A DNA stretch of 62,897 nucleotides, filler included, from Lenisia limosa (lineage: Eukaryota; Protista; Breviatea), in assembly GCA_001655205.1 (NCBI GenBank). It is 12 parts of 12 records of this genome, joined end to end, with 100 filler letters (N's around TTAATTAATTAA, not from the genome) between each part and the next. Parts side by side here need not be neighbours in the genome. Positions count along the whole stretch, not along the records: positions 53,866 to 55,846 come from LPNZ01010396.1; positions 55,947 to 61,637 come from LPNZ01004357.1; positions 61,738 to 62,897 come from LPNZ01004938.1; 9 more parts are not named here. The stretch is one strand, 5' to 3'. How positions within the stretch are numbered: position 1 is the stretch's first letter; each line of letters starts with the position of its first letter. This document shows, in pieces, positions 53,865 to 62,897 of this stretch. The notes below the pieces were generated by a model, which was not told where the DNA came from, did no database searches, and was given only the letters and a program-made list of their open reading frames with translations. The translations under genes and the position numbers were made by a program.

Positions 53865-55790
53865 NGCGCTGAAAGTTTACGAAAGCGCGCGAAAAGACTA
53901 CCATGAGTCCGTCAAGTCCCTGGCAGGGTCAAGACCAAACCCCGAACCCTTCCTTGAAGTAATTGGCAGGATCAAGAAGAAAATGAAGGACCTACAGAAT
54001 AGACTTAGCGAGGTAGGAGGGTGATGAAGGACCTCCTGTGTTTGTCAGTTTTATTTCATGAACAAAATAGATAATTCAATCATATCAATTTTTGACTAAA
54101 CACTGTTATCATTAGAAAAACAAATTGTGGAACCAATGGAATAATAAATTGTGGAACCCAATGGAATAATGTACAGAGTTGTAAGGCAAATGATTGGGTG
54201 AATTAATAGTTTACTGTCAATATCTTTTATAAGCGTGATGGTGTGGACAGCTTCAGCCAGATACAACCTTATTTTTTATTTCTCATGCTCTATATAATTG
54301 AATAGCACCGACAACAGCTCACTCGTTTAGAACGATGCGTGGAAGAAGGGACAGCCGCGATACTTCGAGGACTTGGACGAATCCGAAGCCAAGCCCAATA
54401 AAGGTGGGCTTGCATGCTGGATATGATAGATATCGATATATTATATGAATAAAAAATGTTGTATCGGCCGACGTTGATATAAAGAAATAGAACAAGGTTG
54501 TATCTGCCGACGTTGATATAAAGAAATAGAATAAGGTTGTATCTGCCGACGTTGATATAAAGAAATAGAACAAGGTTGTATCTGGCAGAAGCCGTGATAT
54601 GATAGATATAGATATAGATTCTTTGTTTTTTTTTGGGGGGGGCAGTGGAATATTCACTGTGACTGTTCAGTGGAATACTAGTTATGACTTTTCAGGAGAG
54701 GAAGAATCTTTTGAAACGAAGAGTATTCCTTTTGACTTTTTAGGAGAGGAAGCGGAAGTGGTTATTACGAAGTCATTGGGCCAGCTTCTTCGCCATGTTG
54801 CTGAATGGCGAAGTACCTATGACGTTCGCCTCTGTCAGCTCAACAATATTCCCACTGAGAAACTAGTCGTNNNNNNNNNNNNNNNNNNNNNNNNNNNNNN
54901 NNNNNNNNNNNNNNNNNNNNNNNNNNNNNNNNNNNNNNNNNNNNNNNNNNNNNNNNNNNNNNNNNNNNNNNGGCATACATTGTACTGTTGCTTGGTATTT
55001 TGTATTTCCTCAAACTAATACATTTCAAATACTGTTTCCATTTTCCCTACATCCTTGGAAAACATATAATTGCTTTGCCCTCCTAATCTGATCAAAAAAA
55101 AAGGGGCAATGTCTTCCTGACAACTTTTCTGTTCACTTCATTCACCTTTTTAGCCCGAAGTGGACTTAGAATTTGAAAGGAACTACCAAAATATGACTTC
55201 TCAAGAAAAGGTTAGTTTATTTGTCATAATAATAGTCGATGGTATGCAGTGCTGCAGAAGCGACATGCTAGGGCTTTGTTTTGTTGTTAACCCTCGTGTC
55301 GTCAGACAACAGAGCTGATTTGCTTTGCAGATGGAGCATATTGACAAGATTGGTGACTTCTATGAGAAAATCAAAGAACTACGACGCGACCCTCCAAAGC
55401 ACGTGCCACACCGCCATAGTAAGCCATTGTACCGTTCTTCTGATTTGCTATTAAAAGTGTTGGTTAACCTGGTGATATTGTTTCTATTTTGAAGTTTTGT
55501 TCGAAATTACGTTTCTTGAGTAAAATTGCCCCCAGTCCACGCTGGAGGGATNNNNNNNNNNNNNNNNNNNNNNNNNNNNNNNNNNNNNNNNNNNNNNNNN
55601 NNNNNNNNNNNNNNNNNNNNNNNNNNNNNNNNNNNNNNNNNNNNNNNNNNNNNNNNNNNTGTTTGTTTCATAACTTTTCCAATTTACCCCCAGTTGCGAG
55701 ACTTCTTGAGGAGTTCGACGCGTGTTTGTCCGACCTTGAAGACCGCCTTATTTCAGTGTCAAGAATACTGGAATCCCACTTGTGGGGGGT
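53865..55790 (+). CDS. Unknown helical/coiled-coil protein fragment
   Basis: Exons ALKVYESARKDYHESVKSLA, IKKKMKDLQNRLSE, GEEAEVVITKSLGQLLRHVAEW, MEHIDKIGDFYEKIKELRR, VARLLEEFDACLSDLEDRL. Confidence 0.5.
54181..54294 (+). repeat. Interspersed repeat family B, fullest copy (others ~24381, 24566, 35241, 38826, 41684, 42495, 52396, 53625, 55947, 59168, 62002)
   Basis: Shared core TATAAGCGTGATGGTGTGGACGGCTTCAGCCAGATACAACCTT...TTTCTCATTGCTAT; no TIR seen. Confidence 0.85.
54458..54594. repeat. 39-bp tandem repeat x3.5 derived from family B (reverse)
   Basis: Units GTTGTATCTGCCGACGTTGATATAAAGAAATAGAACAAG start at 54458, 54497, 54536, 54575. Confidence 0.9.
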
Positions 55791-56029
55791 AGTCGTGAGG
55801 ATTGGTACTTGTCGAGGGTAGTCGTGAGGATTGGTACTTGTCGAGGNNNNNNNNNNNNNNNNNNNNNNNNNNNNNNNNNNNNNNNNNNNNTTAATTAATT
55901 AANNNNNNNNNNNNNNNNNNNNNNNNNNNNNNNNNNNNNNNNNNNNGTCCACACCATCACACAAAGTAGTTACTACATATTGAGAGAAAAAGACAAAAAA
56001 AAAATTGAGAGAAAGATAGAAAGAAAGGC

Positions 56030-59000
56030 AAAATGCCCCACCATTAGCCTTGACCTCTGCTTGTAACTCTTCAGGAAGCAGGTTGAGAATACACTGTACA
56101 CCGCCACGTTCAATGACACCCTAGATACTATTATTCTGAAAGAATAATGTCATTTTTATGATATGATTTGTGATTGAAAAAGAAGAATATGATAGGTACT
56201 ATTATCAAAGAAATATTATGATAGGCATCTAATTTCTAAGGATAAATATGATAGTTGAGAGAGCCTTGTTATCAAAACTGTGAGTATCCATAGGTACATG
56301 GTGACCGGTATAAGTCTTGACTGATATACTCTATGATTTCCCAATGACATTCGGTCAAGACTTATCCCGGTTACTATAGGGGGTGGTGGGGGTACTTATG
56401 TCGTACTTTCAAAAATCAAAGTTAAAACAGCAAAAACAAAAAAAAAACACCAACCCACCTGGACACAGTCAGTATATCGCACCAAAGTGCCAAGCATAGC
56501 ACAGGAAAGCTGAAGAATAGAGGGCGACGAATCCAGATCGAGAATACTGGGGGGGGGGGGTAAAATTGGCCAATTTATGAAAAAAACAAAAAGAAAGCCT
56601 AAATCAACTCTGTTGGCTGACAACACACGAGGTTGATAACAACAAAAACAAAGCCCAGNNNNNNNNNNNNNNNNNNNNNNNNNNNNNNNNNNNNNNNNNN
56701 NNNNNNNNNNNNNNNNNNNNNNCGGCAGTTTGAGGCTGACAGTTCGACCGAGTCTGTTTCGCATAATCGACGAAGGATCTCACAGGCCAGTCGCTGGCTG
56801 CAGTGTGAGTTTTAAGAGCATTTAAGGAGCTTTTAAGGAAATTTATCATGAATTATTATTGAGGATTTAGGGTTTAAAGGGGTTTATCGAGGGGTTTGCA
56901 TTATAAAGGTAGAAAAGACTTATTTTTTCAAAAAAAACAAAGTACAACAGCGAACCTGGTAGACTCGTACTCTCGTAAAATGCGCATAAGCGGTGTGAAA
57001 GAGTCCAGCTGAGACAAGCCCTGGACCATGGATTTCGACCTAAAGGGGACATAAAAGTGGAAAAATTATGAAGACATGATCAGATGCCGGACTTTCAAGT
57101 CGAAATGATGAATGAAGGTAACATCAGGGCCCAAGTGTATCAGAGTATCATTGGGACTTGTCGGTCATATACATAGTATATTATAATAATAAATTTGAAC
57201 TAGGGATGCACTGATTCAAAAAATACTAAAAAAAAACAACAAAAAAAAAAAATTAAAAAAATATATAGTATTCTATATATCATATCATATATATTATTAT
57301 ATTTATCAATATATCATAAAATTTATATATATACATGTATATATATTATTAAAAAAAGAACAAAAAGAAAAAAAGAAAACGCGACACCGGGTGTAATCGA
57401 GCAACCTGCAGCCATAGACCCCTGTGTTTTAACTGTAAGCGCATGGGTCACCCTGAAAAAGCCTTATATTCAGTTGAATATCAAGCTCTCGGTGAAGCTG
57501 ATGTCTTAGATTCAGTTGAATATCATGATCTCGATGGATGGGGCGGTGGGATGGTCGTGACCTGAAGCTACTTTGGGCCGACGGTAACGAGGGGCCAACC
57601 TTGGAGCCACTGGTGACATGGGCTTCACTTTGATTCGAAAAAAAGACTGAATTTCTCGATAATTCCTCGAAAATTGTCGATATTTTGCCGGTCTTTCTCG
57701 AACCGAAGTGAAACCCCACTGGTGACTGGTGTGTGTTGGTATATTACGTGACTTTTAAGTAGGAAATGCAGTCAACGGGGAAAGGCCTTGTTGTTGGCGT
57801 CTTCAGGTGAAGAGGACTCAAGAACTGCTTAACGCCTTGACAAACACAAAACCTGAAATATGGCCACCTTAAGGGAAACTGTCTGCGACAAGGCGAAAAA
57901 AGAAGAAGAGAAATACAAAAGAAAAAGAAAAAAGGGGAAAAAGATGAAAAAAAAGAAAGAAAGGTGAAAACCTCAGGAAAAAAATACGAAAATTAAAATC
58001 CCTAGGACACATGATATCACTGCGATAATGAATGATAGTTTACACGTGTGAAATGACCCAAAACGTGATATGTTGAGCCATATCCACTTTAGGAGAAGAA
58101 GAGCCCACACGACCCTACCCTTCAACAAGTCTGAGAAGCGCCACCAGCACACAATGCACCAATAGAAGGTCGGAACTGGATATGTTAAGTGATAAATGAA
58201 ACTGGTAAGTAAAAATGAATATGGTAAAAATATATACAGTAATGAAGTTTAATATGTGTTAATACATGCAGCCACGTCATACCTAGATAACAAAGACACA
58301 AGTGTCACGTGACCTTGGTTACGAAATACCTCGTCAGAGGGAAGCTTTTTGATGACACTCGTCAGCTCAATCAGGCTCTCAACAATAAAATGTTCGTGGG
58401 GGGCCTTGAAGTGTTCGGATTCTCGATCGGCCATCGCCGCACACACCACTTCAATGTTGCAAACTGGAGAAATGAGTGGAAATTGAGGCCTGTATTACCC
58501 TCCCCTCCACCAGTCCCTATCCTTTCATGTAATACCCCCCATAAAATGCTACAGCTTGGGCCTTCCTTCGGTCGAAAAAAAACTGAATTTCTCCATAAAT
58601 CCTCGAAAGCTATCAACATTATAACAGTATTTTCCGAACTAAAGTCTACAACAGCATAATTTCCATCCCTCCCTTCACCCCAATCCCCCCCACCCCCGTC
58701 ATGGGTCGGGAAGAGGCGTCTGCGGCCGCTTCCTGGCCGTTTTGAGGCCGGCGGCGTGGGCTGGTAGAGTGGGGTACCTGTGGGAGTAAAATTGGTAAAA
58801 TTATGAAACAAAAAAGCTCAAAATCAACTATGTTGCCTTTGTGAGTAAAAAATGTACCCGTGTTAGTCTAGGGAGTAATATTAGAAAAGTATGGAATAAT
58901 ATAAGAGCCCAAAATCAAATCTGTTGCCTGGTGGGTTCTAAGAAAAATAGAGATGATACCTCTTACGTTACTACGAACATAATAACCGATATGGGGTGAA

Positions 59001-61560
59001 GTGCTCCATTCATATGCATATCGACTCGAAAGTCGGTCATATGATCATATCACTAGTGGGGATCCTGTAATATAATCCACTGATCCTTGACCCACCTGCA
59101 ATGGGGGTACATGTCTCACTTCGAGAAGGAGGGGTGTCCAAGTCAGACTATGACTGTGAAGGGAAAATCTGGCTGAAGCCGTTCTTGATGATATTGGTTG
59201 GACTCCTTATGTCTAATTGGTTGCATTCCTTATGTCTAATTGGTTGCATTCCTTATGTCTAAACACATTCTTAGAAATAACTTAACCTCAAGACCTCGTA
59301 AAAATAAGCCGTATATTCATAAGGTTCCAGCAATCAATTGAAAAGATAATGACATTTAAAAGTACCATATTAAGACCAAAACATGAGACACTAATTTCAA
59401 AATTCCCGAAAAAAAACAATTCGAAAAATAAGAGCCAATTGTGGAATTCGAAAAATATTGAGTATGTCCACCACCCTACCGAAAGTGAAATCGTTGACAG
59501 CTCGTTATGAAGGGCAAAAGAAGAGAAACTGGGCTGGGGGGTGGCAGGCGCGCTTTGGTTGGACGAAAAAGATGCCAGAAGTGGCTCGGAGCGCAAAAGC
59601 AGCCGCAAACATTGCGTCACACGCAAGAACATGACACTGCTAGAATTGAGCCTCCAATTCCTTCGGAGTTAGTCAAGCGTTGCAGAATATCAAATGCTCA
59701 TATCAACACCATTACTATTATCTTATTAACCTAACAACATCATATCAACATCACTGTCAACATCTCAATCACACCAAGATCTATCTGCCATATAACAGAC
59801 GATCAACATATCTAATAACATCAAATCAACACTAAATCAACTCAACATTATCAACATCATATCCACATTATCAACATTATTCCACATTCACAACATCATG
59901 TGACATACGCGTTATTGAGCCTGGTTGCGATGAGAAGCCTCATTAGAGCCATGCCACTTTCGAAGAGCGAAGGGTCCGGGGTAACACCGGGAGTGACCAG
60001 GGACACCCCCCTTGTCGACTGCAATCGTGAAACTTTTTTTTTGTTATGAGCAAGAAAAAATCTTGGAAAGCAAATATATAAGGGCCACCACAATACAAAT
60101 ATACACCAAAGGTTTATGTTCATCGTTAGAATTAGAGAAACCGTAAAACAGCTTGTCATTCTTGTAACAAGACAATCATATTCTCTTATTCTATATGTAG
60201 TTTATCACCTTTTAAAAAAGACTTTTTCTGCCGTGAAACGACCATTTTATTATTCTAATCATTCCTTTTCATCCCTCATGGAGAGGAAATGTCCAGTTTA
60301 AATAGGCACAAATATGGCTACAACGTATTTAAGGCACAACATTGCTTCATATGCTTTTATTGGTGAATAGATTCAATAACATTATGTGAACATCTCCAAA
60401 AAAGCAAATGTTCAGCGATATTGAAAAATTCCAGCTATTCAAATGACTTCATAGTCCAGAGTATCTGACTATTGAACCCTACATAAGGTTGAAAGGAAAT
60501 TCATATGACTTTACTTTCATTAAAACTCCTTGATAATAAATCTCTTAATCCCCATTATCGAAGTAATATGTTTAACTTTCAAGAAAGTCGCGAATCAAGC
60601 CCCTACCTGGTCTCCAGCACTCGACGCGATGACATCGTCCAGACCAGTGGCGATCTCTTCTTCTAAATCCGGGTCTAAGTAATCAGCTTTTAAATCATCA
60701 CTATACTATTATAAGTCATGGATTGCAGAGGAACGCAGTGGAATACGAGGCTTACCTTCTTTGTTTTCAACGAGAGGCTTGGACAAAAGGTCAATCAGCT
60801 TATCATACAGGTGCATTGTTCTTTTTTTTAAAAGAACATAACCTTGTCCGATAGTACTTTATGAAGCATGGGAATGTGGGAATGAATGGAATGAAGCGCT
60901 GGATCTTGGCTATGATTATATCGGTAACTTTCGGAAAAATATCGACTATTTAGTAAAATGTTGTGGAATGAAACTCAAGCGGTTTAAACATTATATTGTT
61001 TTTTACACGTAAATAATTTGATAATTTGATAAGGATTTAAACGACTTTAACTCTACCAAACCTCGAGAAACGCCATGTCGCTTGCCCCATGGCTTGCACT
61101 GCTTTTCTGCGTGCAGTTTATCATTGCAAAACCATCAAATGACATCATATACGTCAATAGCGACGAGTAGGTTCCTCGGCTCATGAGTTCAGCTGATCTT
61201 AGATTTCCGCTGCTTCATCCAATTGAATGGAGATTGTATTTCTTGTTATGATGACTTTGACGTTTCCAGCTTGGTGTACTACATGAACATTGACGCATCG
61301 TGCCTCTCTGTCAACAACACCATCTCGCCAAACCCCGCTCCCACATCCCTCACATACTCTAAGAACAAGCTCCTCTGGACGATTGGTGAGGGTTAAGGCT
61401 AATATGGCATTTTTATAAGTTTATTACACTCGTGTTCTGTTCTATTTTGAAAGGGATTGCTTTTTGTTTGTTTGTTTATTTTACCTTCCCAGGTTCGAGA
61501 AAAGACAGTATTTGCGGTGTCCTTCAGGTGCAGTCTCCGTACGATGTCAATGCCAACAGT
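56030..61560 (-). CDS. Armadillo/HEAT-repeat protein fragment
   Basis: Helical-repeat exons: GVIERGGVQCILNLL, ILQLSCAMLGTLVRY, QRLACEILRRLCE, SFTPLMRILREY, LVHCVLVALLRLVE, GMALMRLLIA, LYDKLIDLLSKP. Confidence 0.6.
56297..56376. mobile_element. MITE family C (solo right ends also at ~20180-20200 and ~51596-51620)
   Basis: GTGACCGGTATAAGTCTTGAC...GGTCAAGACTTATCCCGGTTAC. Confidence 0.78.
56548..56658 (-). repeat. Repeat family E, full copy
   Basis: Same consensus ending in (C)nAG acceptor. Confidence 0.85.
57620..57716. mobile_element. MITE family A
   Basis: GGGCTTCACTTTGATTCGAAAAAAAGACTG...TCTCGAACCGAAGTGAAACCC. Confidence 0.8.
58558..58650. mobile_element. MITE family A, diverged
   Basis: GGGCCTTCCTTCGGTCGAAAAAAAACTGAATTTCTCCATAAATCCTCGAAA. 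Confidence 0.6.
59205..59262. repeat. 23-bp tandem repeat x2.5
   Basis: CCTTATGTCTAATTGGTTGCATT twice plus a partial copy. Confidence 0.9.
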
Positions 61561-61873
61561 ATGCAAGGGGAGTGTTTATTGAGATTATGAACAAAAATGA
61601 TTGGGCTTGTTTGGGGGGATGTTGGATTACGTTGGTGNNNNNNNNNNNNNNNNNNNNNNNNNNNNNNNNNNNNNNNNNNNNTTAATTAATTAANNNNNNN
61701 NNNNNNNNNNNNNNNNNNNNNNNNNNNNNNNNNNNNNGGATAAAATTATCTTAAACGCTCTGCAGAGCCCCCACACAGATCAATCCTTCGTTTTTTTTTG
61801 AATCCTTGTGTGTTGTCAGCCAACAGAATTGAATTGTTTTCTTTTTGTTTCATAATTGTACCTCCCCCTCCCA

Positions 61874-62575
61874 GATCAGTCCAACGTTCCGCGCCTTCGA
61901 ATGAGCCAGCCAGACGGGCTTTGGAGTATCAAAAACATCGCTGTTGATCAAATGGGAACTCTCGTGGGGGGTGGTATATTCTTGGGGTGAGGAGGTCTTT
62001 CATGATTGGGTGAATTAGTATGAGTAATTATACTAACATCCAAAATCTCTTATAAGCGTGATGGTGTGGATGACTTCATCCTTGTTTTATTTCTCATTGC
62101 TATATATCTTACCCCTCCCCCGTTATATCTCAATTTTACTTCCTTTTATCCCGTCTTACCCCGCAGGCATTTGCTATTACCGGACACAATAAGGAAGTTC
62201 GAAGGATCTGCCTTCGGACGTCAATGAAGGGTGGAGGGAAGGTTGTGACAGCTTCATCGCTCGTGTGCATGCGGAACTCCACGACCGTTAACTTGGAGGT
62301 GTCCTGGGTGATATCTTTTTGTACCTTGTCTTGGGTGATATATTGTTATACCGTTGGTCGTGTTTGTTTTAATTGCTTTTTTTTTGTTTCTGTTTGGAGT
62401 TTCAGATTATTCAGTTCGTGATTAGTATCTTAACGCCAATATTCTTCAAAGAATATCTTTCGTTTTACGCACTCCCCCGCAGGTAATTGAACGCACAAAA
62501 TACGGCAGCATGCGCCTGTTTATTCTCAAACCTGGGGATGCCAAGTACCTGCCTCTTGAAACCGCATATTCCGGT
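61874..62575 (+). CDS. VPS13: VPS13-like fragment (VAB/SHR-binding repeat)
   Basis: WSIKNIAVDQMGTL; GGKVVTASSLVCMRNSTTVNLEV; ILKPGDAKYLPL resemble the VPS13 repeat pattern. Confidence 0.5.
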
Positions 62576-62649
62576 GAGGGGTGAACACGACCCCCCCCCC
62601 CCCATTCAAAAAAAAAGAAGAACTTCACTCAGCGAAACACATTGTTTCT

Positions 62650-62870
62650 TCAAGATTTATCAATAAATTATCGTGGATGTATCGAGGATTTATCGAAGAT
62701 TTATCAATAATGTATTTAGGATTTATCGAGGATTTATCGAAGATTTAATTTGTCTTGGATTTTTCAAAGATTTATCAATAAATTATCGTGGATTTATGGA
62801 AGATTTATCAATAATTTATCAAGGATTTATCGAGGATTTATCAATGATTTATTGATATTCAGTCTTTTCA
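62650..62870. repeat. Degenerate minisatellite of GATTTATC(G/A)A units, derived from the family A core
   Basis: Repeated AGATTTATCAATAA / GGATTTATCGA ending in the family A motif TTCAGTCTTTT. Confidence 0.8.
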
Positions 62871-62897
62871 GCTTCAAACACCTTTTCTATTCTCACC

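Noticed and set aside
54458-54594. CRISPR-like array
   Set aside because: Contiguous near-identical units without unique spacers, no cas genes, eukaryotic intron
55788-55846. ~30-bp direct duplication
   Set aside because: Lies at a contig end; likely an assembly artefact
58779-58928. Family E copies as complete GC-AG introns starting GCAACA
   Set aside because: Upstream GT donors (GTAAGA, GTACAT) give phase-compatible splicing, so E is only the 3' part

Overview
Eukaryotic, very intron-rich protist DNA (gene set of myosin I, two-pore channel, RhoGEFs and a GCC2/GCC3 membrane protein suggests an amoeboid lineage; inference only). The window is about 12 independent scaffolds joined by an artificial N-TTAATTAATTAA-N linker, so most genes are partial and cross-linker neighbourhood is meaningless. 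The standard genetic code fits. Hand-spliced genes: YjbQ/UPF0047, RNA Pol III RPC2, a two-pore channel whose exons splice in frame into an IQ-RhoGEF(DH)-PH-SH3 module (best candidate for a new system), a GCC2/GCC3-repeat multipass membrane protein, myosin I, an ankyrin protein, a PH-domain gene with a decayed pogo-like transposon in one intron, a Hydin-like ASH-repeat protein, a HELQ/POLQ-type helicase, an ARM-repeat protein, a VPS13-like fragment and some unidentified genes. Introns carry at least five short repeat families: three MITE-like, one without TIRs, and one that sits co-oriented against the AG acceptor (introner-like). Exon boundaries were read by eye and are approximate.
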